64,000 bases of DNA, taken from Antedon mediterranea. Lineage: Eukaryota > Animalia > Echinodermata. The stretch is from NCBI RefSeq assembly GCF_964355755.1, contig NC_092671.1, positions 36,094,304 to 36,158,303 of the forward strand, read 5' to 3'. A program made the translations under genes and the position numbers. Positions 14,501 through 25,794 of this stretch are shown piece after piece. The number at the start of each line of letters is the position of its first letter. Within the stretch, counting starts at the first letter, position 1. The notes under the pieces are model-generated. The model did no database searches, had not been told where the DNA came from, and saw only the letters and a program-made list of their open reading frames with translations.

Positions 14501-17411
14501 ATAAATGGTCAAATTCAACCAAAACCCCATTGGCTGCCAGCCAATTTGACTATTTTTAAATACATTTTTTTTTTCAAAGTGGATAACTATTTTTCAGGGG
14601 GAACAATACATCTTTAAGCTTCTGATGAATTTATTGAAAATGCAAATAATATATACCAAAGATACTGTATACATTAAACAAATTCTTTATTTCCATACAA
14701 TTTATAATTTTGAAATTTTTTAAAATTCAATTTTTGGTCAAGTGGATAACTATTATGTGAAAATAAAATTGCATATTCAACAACAAAAAATTTAAAAAAT
14801 AATTGTTTCAGGGGGACAATACATCTTTAAGCTTCAGACAAATTTATTGAAAATGCAAATTATATCTACCAAAGATACTGTATACATTAAACAAATTCTT
14901 TATTTCCATACAATAAATAATTTATAATTTTGAAATTTTTTAAAATTCAATTTTTGGTCAAGTGGATAACTATTATGTGAAAATAAAATTGCATATTCAA
15001 CAACAAAAAATTTAAAAAATAATTGTTTCAGGGGGACAATACATCTTTAAGCTTCAGACAAATTTATGATAATGCAAATTATATCTACTAAAGATCTATA
15101 TATATATACTGTACATACAAATTCTTCATTTCCATACAATAAATAATTTTTGAATTTTGCACAGATTCAGCATATAAAATGATGTTTTTATATTACACAA
15201 TGTTGCTGCAAATAATTAAAAAAAGAGTTTACTTTATATCTAATTTTGATACTTTTCTTCCTCCAGGAGGCAGGACTTGGCAAAGTTTCCTTCTCCAAGC
15301 TGGGAGCATTTGGATCTCTTCTTGAGGTTATCCTTATATTGTATCCTTCCTTTTACTAAGATTATAATTTATAAAAAGCAATTGATTATTTATACATTTT
15401 AAAACATTTTGCAATGTTTTTTTTTTTTTTTTTTTTTTTTTACACGATATTTATTGAGGGTGATTCATCCAGCAATTGCTGATCATTAGGGACCCTCAAA
15501 GGTTCACAAGACAAACATATACACAAGATGCTCTACATAAACAAAGTCTTTGGGAGTGGAGTTGTAATTTTGTCCTTAGAAAAAATCCTGACATGTGACG
15601 GGACTTGAACCAAGGACCCTTGGAGTGGTAGCCAAGCATCATAACCACCAAGCCACAACTCGCAAAGACAAATGTTACCATTTGTACTAGCCAATTACAA
15701 GATGTATAAATTATATCATGTTTATAAACTAAGTCTCATTTGAGGCTTAGCTTTGTCTACACTATCAAACTATTTTGACAAAGAAAGTGTGATATTCCCA
15801 GATATGGTAGTGATGTGCCCAAATAGGGTAGTGATGTGCCAAAATATGGTAGTGATATGCCAAAATACGGTAGTGATTTCACATCATCATGTCCATATAC
15901 TGGGCACATTTTTTGTCACATAAAGTTTGATTGATAGTGGAGACAGAGCTTTAGGGAGTGGAATAGTCAAACGGTCATGAGTTACAACTCTGAAACTAAG
16001 TCAAGATTGAATCCTAGATGTTAGGATTGGAAAGCAAGCATGTTAACCACCAAGCTACAGTACCACTACAGTCTACTACTACTATTTTGCTATTTTTTTA
16101 TTTGTTTTCCTTCAAAAAATGTTCAGATATTTAATGTTAGCTTCTGTGGTAGGATTTTACAGTGTTCCTTGGCTAAGTTCCCTTGTACCCAAACACAAGG
16201 AGACGCCTATGACCAAAGTGATAGCCAATTGTATCGTATTGCTCATTCTGAGTTCTGCTCTTCCTGTCGTCTCTAGGAGTCTTGGTAAGTGTGATGTCAT
16301 CATAATAATAATTGTTAACATTGTAAGTAAAGGTGCAGTACACCTAAAGCTTGATTCCCACTATGAATGATCTCTATAGTCTGCACTTTGAAACAAGTAA
16401 AGCTTGGTTCCCACTATGAATGATCTCTATAGTCTGCACTTTGAAACAAGTAAAGCTTGGTTCCCACTATGAATGATCTCTATAGTCTGCACTTTGAAAC
16501 AAGTAAAGCTTGGTTCCCACTATGAATGATCTCTATAGTCTGCACTTTGAAACAAGTAAAGCTTGGTTCCCACTATGAATGCTCTCTATAGTCTGCACTT
16601 TGAAACAAGTAAAGCTTGGTTCCCACTTTGAATGCTCTCTATAGTCTGCACTTTGAAACAAGTAAAGCTTGGTTCCCACTATGAATGCTCTCTATAGTCT
16701 GCACTTTGAAACAAGTAAAGCTTGGTTCCCACTATGAATGCTCTCTATAGTCTGCACTTGGAAACAAGTAAAGCTTGGTTCCCACTATGAATGCGTATGC
16801 ACTTTTAAAACAAGTAATTTTCAATTTTGATACAGTTTAATGTTGTTCAGGGGCGGACCCTTGCGGGCATCCTAAATTTCACAAATTATTATGCAAAAGG
16901 TATTATATCAAATTAGGCTCAGCCCTTCATTGCACCATTTTTAGGCCCTGGACCCCCACCCCCTATTTCAAAATCCTGGATCCGCCACTGAAAATATTTA
17001 ACTTTAAACCCAAAAAAGGTCATTAAAAAGTCCCATTAAGGTGTAGAAGGTACAATCACACTAGAGCCTAAATTATTATTATTATTATATGAAAATAAAT
17101 TAATAACTTGACATTTTAACCTTAATTTGACCTTTACAGGAATCACAAACTTTGACCTCCTTGGAGCATTTGGAGAATTTGATTGGTTGGATAATTTTTA
17201 TTTCATTATCGTTTACAATGCTCTGTTTGCGGTTGGGACATCATTATGCTTGGTGAATCGGTTTACAGCATCTGTGCGTAGTTATATATTCCAGAAGGCT
17301 CTTCAGTACATGTACAAAGTGCGGAAATCGAGGGCATCTGGTTGGATCCCGAAGGCACCAAGACTTTTGATGTCTAATGGAAGATTACCGCATGTTGCAA
17401 AAGGTGAATAA
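2504..17411 (+). CDS. LMBR1: Limb region 1 (LMBR1/LMBR1L family) multi-pass membrane protein, about 505 aa, 11 coding exons
   Basis: Exons 2504-2575, 3122-3215, 9345-9518, 10415-10518, 11073-11199, 12447-12515, 13193-13330, 14100-14335, 15267-15340, 16127-16284, 17140-17411 all have GT-AG boundaries with consistent phase (1518 nt). Translation contains family motifs EQVFHDAVRE, GAVLLLPFTIASNEVLLRYPNSYYMRWLN, PFAYLFTESEGFSGSKKG, SAWQRNLGYP, SSALPVVSRSLGITNFDLLG. Confidence 0.93.
3403..3732. mobile_element. Foldback/MITE-like element with TIRs of about 55 bp
   Basis: ATGCACTTGTCAATTGTATGACCCACTATACGACCCCCGGGAGAGGTGCGTCATTT and its reverse complement at 3678-3732, with internal GTGCGTCA/TGACGCA subrepeats. 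TSD not resolved. Confidence 0.8.
4925..7850 (-). pseudogene. LINE ORF2 endonuclease-reverse transcriptase, frameshifted
   Basis: ORF 5535-7778 has APE motifs (HINIRSL, SEVW, GDFDI, IDHV, SDH) and RT motifs (NYRPIS, FLDLKKAFDTV, GVPQGSVLGP, FADDT). The C-terminus continues in another frame in ORF 4925-5479 (...SIKYSGAKLWNEIP). Confidence 0.9.
7918..8698 (-). pseudogene. LINE ORF1 (coiled coil + RRM-type, QYSRRENIEIRGI motif), disrupted
   Basis: ORF 8273-8698 continues after a frameshift near 8280 as TVSIKKEDIEASHRIG...RPIIVKF...MLG*TGKNHIYVNENLT...YKYLWTYNGRIYVRK to TAA at 7918-7920, with one internal stop. Confidence 0.85.
12901..13130 (+). mobile_element. tRNA-derived SINE with Deu/Nin-like central domain
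   Basis: A-box TAGCCGAATGGTTAG and a degenerate B-box GGGTTAAATTCT, followed by CCACTCAGCTGTAAATGAGTACCT...AAGGCGGCG, which resembles the Nin/Deu core as I recall it. Confidence 0.65.
14358..15050. mobile_element. TTAA-flanked TIR element (Kolobok-like, 14358-14617) followed by two tandem re-duplications of its right end of about 215 bp; related element at 34010-34523
   Basis: TTAAAGATCTATTGTCCCC...GGGGAACAATACATCTTTAA. The right-end motif recurs at about 14811-14830 and 15031-15050. Confidence 0.65.
15341..16126 (+). other. Probable U12-type (minor spliceosome) GT-AG intron in LMBR1
   Basis: The donor GTATCCTTCC matches the U12 RTATCCTT consensus. A branch-like TTTTCCTTCAA sits about 10 nt before CAG at 16124-16126, with no polypyrimidine tract between them. 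Splicing restores LEVILIL-YLMLASVVGFYS. Confidence 0.8.
16347..16816 (+). repeat. 53-bp tandem array, 8 full units plus 1 partial
   Basis: AAGCTTGGTTCCCACTATGAATG(A/C)TCTCTATAGTCTGCACTTTGAAACAAGTA starts at 16347, 16400, 16453, 16506, 16559, 16612, 16665, 16718 and 16771. Confidence 0.95.
16848..16990. mobile_element. Short hAT-like MITE
   Basis: Imperfect TIRs CAGGGGCGGACCC...GGATCCGCCACTG; no clear TSD. Confidence 0.55.
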
Positions 17412-18920
17412 AAGACACCTGCTTGCAGTTTGACTTCAACACTTACTCGTGTAAAGAGCTACGTGACTGACCTCTTTTCAAAAGTGTTTGCAGAGAATAG
17501 CATTACTGCAGTAGCTTTGTTGATCATGTTCCGAAAATGTTGACTTATGTGTCAGTAAAGACTGAGACCTCGTCAAGATGGCCAGTAATATTTCCACGGT
17601 ACCAGAGAATATGGACACATGTGTGCGAACAACTCCAACCTCAATGTAAAGGCTGATTCACACACTGAATTTGATGTTAAACAAACAACAGATTCACATG
17701 GTGGTATGATTGCAGCTTTCATAGTCTGGCGATTGATGTATTAAGTATTATCACTAGAATGGTGAAATTGTTTTTGATAATAATAACAATGAAATATTTG
17801 TTTGTTTGTAATTTTATGCAAACTTTTCCCAAATATTCTAATCACCTTGTCTGTTTGATCATTCCAACGATGTCATTGGTTCATGATGATGTCATTGTTT
17901 TGTGTCACATGCGAGTCAAAAAAAAAAGTTACTGAATATTTGTGTAGGGCGTTTATGATCATGATATTACATGCTAGAAATGTGATAGTATCATACAGAT
18001 GCAATATTTTAAAACTAATTAATGACTAATTAAAAGACTAAAACTAGTTGTTAATTGGGTCATTAATTGGAAGCATAGTATTAGCTTTTAAAAATATATT
18101 ATTGTATTTGGATGCATGGCTATATTTTGCTTCAAAAACATGTTTAGCAAAGAAGAATTAGAATTCTGGAAACAAAATATTTTGAAACGCTGTTTGTGAA
18201 AAAATTGTATGTGTTGACAATTATTATGTACTGTATGGAAAAACAAATAAATTACACAAATGCTTTAAACATTTCAAAATTTTAAATGCTGCCACCAATG
18301 TTAAACAGATAAATATTAGTTCTGAAGTATATTTACTATATTTAATGCCATGCTTTATTTTGACCAAAGTCAAAAAACATCAAAATTATGTGATTTAATA
18401 TTTCAATAAATTAAAAATATATAAGTATTGATTTTTGACAATGAGGTTTAGAGTACAAAATAACAGTAACAATGTGGTTATTATGCTGGTATTTAAGATT
18501 ACTGTAAAAAATGTGTGTTTTAGTTTTTAGCGCATAAAATGCATACATTAGGTATCAATAATATTAAAGTACAGTATTAGTGTGTAAGGTCTGCTATCTG
18601 TTCATTAAGTGTAAATTAAGGGTATTTTTAGGCTGTGTAAAATGGGTTGTAATGATATTAAACTGTAAAACTATGCTGCACTTTAGATAAAGCCATATAT
18701 TCACACCTTAAGTTCATGTCGGAGCATCATAGCTGGGTAGGGTCTAATCCCTGCTGAGATCATGTGTTTTAAGAGAACACATGACTTTTTTTTTAGCAGT
18801 AAATTTTCGTAGGGCACATAAAATGCATTAATAGCAGAGCCATATCTGACCCATGTGTCGTCTGTTAAGGTCGCCGGCTCTATAACTATATTTGAGTCCT
18901 TTGCAAAACCCCCAAGGGCC

Positions 18921-19045
18921 TACCCCCTATGCTATCACACCCCCTATGCTCTCCCCACCCCCTATGCTCTCCCCACCCCCTATGCTCTCCCCACCCCCTA
19001 TGCTCTCCCCACCCCCTATGCTCTCCCCACCCCCTATGCTCTCCA
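18921..19045 (+). repeat. 18-bp C-rich minisatellite, about 6 copies
   Basis: ACCCCCTATGCTCTCCCC repeated in tandem. Confidence 0.92.
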
Positions 19046-21120
19046 CCCTGGGCCTATGAACCCAAAGCACTGACCAAAATTGTTCATATGTGTGTGAACT
19101 AAGATTTTAAATTTATACTGTATTATAATATTTTTTTTATTTTGTCAACTTTCATAAGCAATAAGTTTTAAATTATTTATTTTTTCTTTATTTTTGATCA
19201 TGGAGATAAGAACTTCATGATCTAACCAGGGAGATGATTTATTTTACATCTCCCTGATCTAACTAAAGGTTGTAACACACTTACAGTATTCAATACAATT
19301 ACTGGGAGAAGTGCAATTTAACATGATCTCAAGTAATTTTCTGAATGTGTGATTAAGAATTTTGTGGTTAAAAATTATTATGGTTAATTATATTTCAGTA
19401 TAATATTGCATATTGAAGGCATCTTTGGGACCCAAGAAAGTGTCCCTTTAATAGAGGTTCACTGTATTGTTACTGCAAGAAGGTGTTCTACTGCAGCACA
19501 CGATATTTAAACTTCTATAATCTATAATCTAGTAGACACTAACACAATAACAAACCATCCTGCCATAAACAGAAAAAATGGAAAAAAATTGTGGAAAGCG
19601 TAATGTTGGAAGACGGAAAACGTTAACAACAACAACAAACAACAATCTATAATCTTCTATATATTACTTACAATACAATTTTTGCACGCTTATTTTTTAT
19701 TGATTTACTTTATTTCTGAAAATGTATGAATATATTGAAAAACACAATTTCAGGTTTATTTGATTGTATGTATTATTAGGTCATTTTATATGTTTAAAGT
19801 TGGTTACTTACGATACAATGTTTGTCATGCTTATTTTTTATTGATTTACTTTATTTCTGAAAATGTATGAATATTTTGTTAGTGTCTTCCATTCAAGGTA
19901 ACCAATCATTAGTGAACTCGCAACTAAACAACCAATATGAAGGATTTATATATCTTATCACTAAAGTCCTGTCTACACTATCAAACTAGTTTGACAAAAA
20001 AGGTGTACAAATATGGTAGTGATATGTCTATATATGGGCACATCACAAAGTTTGATCGTGTAGATGAGGCTTAAGGTTTAGTTCTGATTTTTCCCTACAA
20101 AAACAATTCATTATAGAAAAATGTGTTTATTAAACCTGAAAGAAATTTACAGTTCTTTGTACTTTCAGATGAAAAAAATTGCAATTATTGAATTTTGTAC
20201 CATATACCAAAAGTAGCTGTTTTTATTATTATTGAAATGAGTTGTTTTTAATGTAAATCATATAATTAGTTTTTCAGTTTATAATTTATAAAAATATGTA
20301 CATTTTTTAATTATCATCATCATAATCAAGTTATACTTTTGCTGTTTACAAATTTATATAATTCGTGTTTAAGTTTATTATGAATACAGTTCAGTTGATA
20401 TTTATTTAGTGTTTATATTATTATGTAAATTTTGTTTATATCATATACATTATGTTTACAACTGAGTTCTAGTTCTATTATTATATAAGTTCTTCTATTA
20501 TTATATAAAGTGTATGTGTTGTGTACAGTAATGTAAGGTGTCGGAATGGTCAAACTATGGGTCTATAAAATGTGAAACATTTGAATGGCTACAGTGTCTA
20601 GGCCTACTATAATGTTATTTAAGGGCATAAGCGTTATCTATTATGTATTTGGATCTAAAGTAAGTGTACTGTAGGAAAGCTTTTTACAGATATTTCTGTC
20701 CTTAAAAAGGACTGGACTTGGTATGGTAAAAATATCTTAATAATAATAATCTTTTTGTCTGCAATTATTTCCAAGTTATTAATAAGCAATTTGCAGTACA
20801 ATTATATTGCTATATTTTTGTTCCAAATTCCAAAATTCTAGATTGTCAACTCTACAAATGTTGTCATAAGAATAAAAAAAAAGTTGTCACCTTCTGTGAA
20901 ATATGCATTGTATTTAAAGGCACCTTTTTTTGTGAAAGCATAGCAAGCAGCATTTTGCACTAAATTTGTGTTTTTAAATGAAAAAAGCCGCCTATTTTTA
21001 TACTTTTTGTTTACATTTTGTATTATATAGAATTTCAAATTATATTCCAAATTAGAAATATTTAAGTTGGTTTTTAATTTTATAATGTAAATGAAATACT
21101 TTTGTTCTTGTAAAGTTAAG

Positions 21121-21722
21121 TTAAAGGCCAGGTGCGGGCAAAAAATTTCTATTGATCATACATTCCAATAATTATCGATCTATAGTTTCCCCTATGTTTC
21201 ATAATTTTTGGGATTTTATTTGTGTTACACGAGCTTGTTGAAAATAAGCACTTTCTTATCAGTGGGGGGATAGTTCAAATTACACAGTAAAATCTCTATT
21301 CTTTTGTACACAAATTTTGTAAATAGAGAGGCATTTTAAAAAGCTATGAAAAATAAACAGTGTGGTAAAAAATGTTATCAGATGACTAAATATAGGTAAT
21401 ATAGCTTGAATATTACATTTCTGATATTTTTATTCAACTTCAGATTTTTATTTTCATGCTATAGCAAAAATTATCCACCGTATATCCACCATATTTTTTC
21501 ACCTTCTAGGGAGTCACCAGACATGTTATTACATTAGGTTAAGTACCTAACTACTGAAAAAAAGTCTTCCTGGTTTTTATGGAAGAATTTTGCCAAATTT
21601 TGTATTTGACTATATTAAGGGAAATTCATGTTTTTTCGTCTCGATTTCTGTTACAAATATTTGATTTATGTACAGTTAACCAAATACTATATTTAAAATT
21701 CATGCCTGTACCTGAGCTTTAA
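21121..21722. mobile_element. TTAA-flanked non-autonomous TIR element (Kolobok-like); internally deleted copy at 60189-60530
   Basis: TTAAAGGCCAGGTGCGGGCA...TGCCTGTACCTGAGCTTTAA. Internal ATTGATCATACATTCCAATAATTAT and other blocks are shared with the copy at 60189. Confidence 0.7.
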
Positions 21723-22319
21723 GGTTATTTTCGTTGTATAAAAACTTGTATATTTTCATGATTTTGCAATATGATAAAATAAAACTCAATTATCCCAAAT
21801 TAAACTTGATATGAATGCATCTTTCATATTGTCATGACGAGGCTCCTCCCACTCAGGCTTGCCTTTTGGAGGTTGCCATCTTCTTTTGCTTTCTGTTTTT
21901 TATTATACAGAAATATTTTGAAATAGAAATTTTGACTTTCTTTTATGATGCTCCGATGAAATTATTTATTTGTGCGCTACATTTTCTTTATTAAACCTGA
22001 TTATGTTTCATTGTTTTTGTTTTTATCTTTTCTGCTTTTGAAGGAAATAAATGTTTATTATATGATGTGACAAGTGAGTGGTGGGCGGGGCATAACCTTT
22101 CAAGCATAATCTTTTTTTTTTCATCCTTACTAGATAATAACTACCACAAAACTACAGAATTACTACAGAAATAAAAGTTTCCTGAAAACCACACATGTTC
22201 AACAAATGTTGACAATTCTGATCATTTTTCAGGTAAATCAAATGTATTTCTTTTTTCTTTATTTTAGAAGTTTTGGCGGAGGTTCAGATGATTCTATTTA
22301 TAACTGTATTTGAAAAATT

Positions 22320-22562
22320 TTTTTTTTTAACCATATTTAATGAGGGTGATCCATCCAGCTATTGCTGATCATTCGGGACCCTCGAGGTTCACAAGACAAA
22401 CATATATACAAGATGCTCTACATAAACAAAGTCTTATTACAAGTCTTTGGGAGTGGAGTTTGTAATTTGGTCCTTTGAAAAAATCCTGACATGTGACGGG
22501 ACTTGAACCCAGAACCCTTGGAGTGGTAACCAAGCATCATAACCACCAAGCCACAACTCCAC
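22320..22562 (-). mobile_element. tRNA-derived SINE with 3' stem-loop and poly(A); other copies at 15417-15662 (-) and 24013-24157 (+, partial)
   Basis: On the minus strand: TGGCTTGGTGG A-box, GGTTCAAGTCC B-box, tail hairpin GAGGGTCC...GGATCACCCTC, then an A run. The three copies align by eye. Confidence 0.8.
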
Positions 22563-23424
22563 TTGAGTATTCACTCAATAGTCTGCAATTTTTGGACTAT
22601 ATGGTTTGTTTGTGTATCCCACCCCACACTTGGGTTCTAAGTATGGCCATGCTTAGTGTTAGTGGATATTTGTGTTCTGTGCAACTTTGACCCCAACCAT
22701 TGTGAAAAATGTTGAGTGTGTAGCATTTGCTCTTTCTTTTATTGTTATGTTATTTGTATTCATGTGTAATTTGCCTATATAATATAAATCATTTTTGTAC
22801 AAATACAAATTAAATGCAATGCAATGTATAGTTTTTTGTATAATTGACGAGTTCTGACCATACATAAAAATGCAAAACAAAAAATAGAATTCTTTTATTT
22901 TATTATAAAAAATTAAATTTGGCATAATAATTGCAAACTGGTTTGTAATGGCATTTAGTATAATGATTTAGTACTGATTACATTCTCAGGATTATATTTA
23001 ATTGCTTAACAGAGCTTTTAAACTCCTTGCTAATTACCTTGATTTCAGGTTTTGTGAGGTTTAAGTAATTAAAACACAATCAATACAATTACTGCATGCA
23101 TTTTATAGAAAACCCATACTTTGGGATACCCTTATTTAGAGTGTTAGCAAACACTTTCTTGAGAAACGAACGAAGGTGAATATGTTAAAACACGACAACC
23201 AATCCTTATTTATGGGACACCTCTAATTGGTTGACACTTTGTTGGGTATTTGTATTTTTTAATAAAGTGTATTTATAGCTGGATTTCTAGATTGAATACT
23301 AAGACGATATGATCATAGGTTACACTAGGGTCAACCCTTATTAACAGGACATCTCTATTCAGGGGACATTTTATTGGTTCCCTATGGTGTCCCCTTAATA
23401 TGGGTTTTACTGTATTTGTATTTT

Positions 23425-25402
23425 TTAATCCTTTTTATCTTTCATAAATAGCTTCACTAAGATTGAATTAATTATGATAACGCATGAAGCAATAGCGCCG
23501 TATTTCAAAGCTCCCAAACAACAAAACAATGTCGAGTCTTCAACATCCAGCGGGACCATTTCTATTAATTGACAAACCGACACCGAAAAAACCAAAGCTA
23601 AGAATTTTCCAGGTGATGACAGCGTTTCTTTTGGTCGTAGTAAAGATTGCGTCAATCCAACGAAAAATAACGAACCAAGATCACGCGAGATGGCAAAGAA
23701 AGCAGTTGTGTCGAGGTGCACCCATTCTGATTTAGGGCACCATTTGGCGGCTAGTTTAATAGACCATGTTGGATCATACCCAAGCTGTTCCATCAATACA
23801 CACTGGCCTACAACTGAACCACCGATGAAGATGGTGACCATTGTGTAAGTCTTGAGGTCAAACTTTGTCACATCGATTTTGTTTATGGCAATACCAATAA
23901 TCACTCCTAAAATAAAAGAAATATTTTGGGTTCTGGTTAAAAATAGACACAAATTAATATATATATGTTCATTAGTATCTTTGAGCATCATTATAATGTT
24001 GCAAGTTTTAGTAGAGTTGTGACTTGGTGGTTCTGATGTTTGGCTACCAATCCAAGGGTCCTGGGTCAAAGTCCTATCATATGTCAGGATTTTTGACAAA
24101 TTACAAATAAGACATTGTTTATGTAGAGCATCTTGTGTATATGTTTGTCTTGTGAACAGAATTTCCACCTTTAAGAAGGATAGTGAATGAATTTTCTTAT
24201 GGATATCCTTGGCAATTTGCCTAAATACTGTATATAAAAACAAAATGAATTTAGAACAAACTAACTAATAACAATACTAAGATTGCAACAGTAACTAAAC
24301 GTACCAACAACAAGGCCGATGATAGTCTGATGAGGAAAGTGTGTTGCTATGAAAACCCTTGAAAGAGAGACAGTGAAACCCACAGCTGCTAACAATCCCC
24401 ATGGTATAGCTGGACTTATAATCTTCTTGTCTGCTTCGCGTTCTTCCTTCAAGTTTGCCGGTTTTGGCGCCACCGACTGTTGAGCGGTAACAGTTTTCTC
24501 TAGATCTGCCGCTAAGGCCGCCATCATGATAAACCAGACAGCGATCGTTACCATGCAGTGGCCAGATGGACTACCTACAAAATATAAAACGGGTCAGAGC
24601 TAAAAGGTATGCAAGAACGATCTGTGTGAAGCACTACACTTTGTATGTATATACAATTAAAAATATTTGTTGTATTATACCTGGTCCAGTTTCACAAGTT
24701 TGCTCATATATTTTTAGATGAGGGCGCTCTCCATCTGAATATACATCTGTTTCCTGGACCCACCAATATGGACGTTGACCAAATAGACACCTATCCATAA
24801 TTATTAATAAGAGTATCATTAAAAAACATAACTGAATTAAATATTATAAATCATTCAACATGTTCCAATAATTTAAACATTTTAGATCTTAGGCCTATTA
24901 TTAATATATATGATATAGGCCTAGCCTAGGCCTTCAATAAATCTTGCTAAATTTCATGGTGGTCATTTGCATAATTCCCTTCAAACCACCTGGCTTGGTA
25001 AGACCATGGAGGTATGGTAAGACCCCTTTGCCTGGTGAAAATTAATGTATTTTTTTAAAAAAGAACACAAAAATAAAACCATTTCAGAAGAACTTTTCTT
25101 CACAATGAGTAAGCTTAGTAATTATTATGGCAATGTTTCTAGGCCTATTACTCAGAATCTAACAACATGAAATGACTGTCTTACAACTTTAGAATAGCAT
25201 TCATCCATTCAGAAATTACAGCGGCCCAGAGAACTTTCAGGCCAACGACCTGGTTCAGCGAAAACACGATCGGAAAATAAAACAAAAACGAGCTCGGAGG
25301 GTCGCTTAAATGCGAAATATACAGCATTGCTGTATCATGCTTCGCCAGAGTGTTTTGTAAATTGTATATTACGTCGATTTCATATGAACACAAGTCATCC
25401 AT
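23425..25402 (-). CDS. G6PC: Glucose-6-phosphatase catalytic subunit (PAP2 superfamily), 359 aa, 4 exons
   Basis: Exons 25402-25185, 24790-24681, 24574-24305, 23906-23425 (1080 nt, in phase). Contains the phosphatase motifs K-x6-RP ([12 protein letters not shown]), TCETGPGSPSGH and [12 protein letters not shown], plus [10 protein letters not shown] and a C-terminal KDKKD di-lysine ER signal. The paralog (G6PC1/2/3) cannot be assigned. Confidence 0.92.
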
Positions 25403-25794
25403 AATGTATCGAAACACGAAATAATATGCTAGGCCTAAATACTGCACCGGAAAGTATCCCAGAGAGAGAAGTCTATCGGTTGTGGGAAGACGGAAACGGA
25501 TTTCCACGTCACCACCACTACCAACGCGAGGTCAGAGAGCTAGCACACTTTGCGCGACTTTAGACTCATTAGATGATCTGCTGGATTGTGAAGTCTAACA
25601 AAAAGTAAAATTATTATTGGTGGCGCTATCCTAAAAACTAGTAATGCTGCCTAGCAACGTTTACTTTGTGGTTAGTTCTTGTTTGCTCAGCACACACATC
25701 GAGTAGACGTGAGAAAGTGCTTATCTGCTGCAAAGAGTGTGTGATCTCTGGTTTTCCATCTAATGAGTACGTTGACAGAAGCAAAGTGTTGACT
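25403..25794. promoter_or_regulatory. Candidate bidirectional promoter between G6PC and the PWG-repeat gene, with an X-box-like site
   Basis: The two start codons diverge about 390 bp apart, and the region is CpG-richer than its flanks. GCTGCCTAGCAAC at 25646-25658 is one mismatch from the RFX X-box GTTGCCTAGCAAC. Confidence 0.6.

Noticed and set aside
16347-16816. Regularly spaced repeats resembling a CRISPR array
   Set aside because: The units are contiguous and near-identical with no unique spacers, there are no cas genes, and the context is a eukaryotic intron.
17115-17139. U12-like branch sequence (AACCTTAAT) before the last LMBR1 exon
   Set aside because: The matching donor at 16285 is a canonical U2 GTAAGT.
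18855-19073. ORF with PTPYAL repeats
   Set aside because: It is produced by the 18-bp minisatellite, with a non-ATG start and no splice context.
23907-24243. N-terminal part of the 272-aa ORF 23425-24243 as coding
   Set aside because: It is open-frame read-through of G6PC intron 3, which contains a SINE fragment. The real exon begins at the acceptor at 23906.
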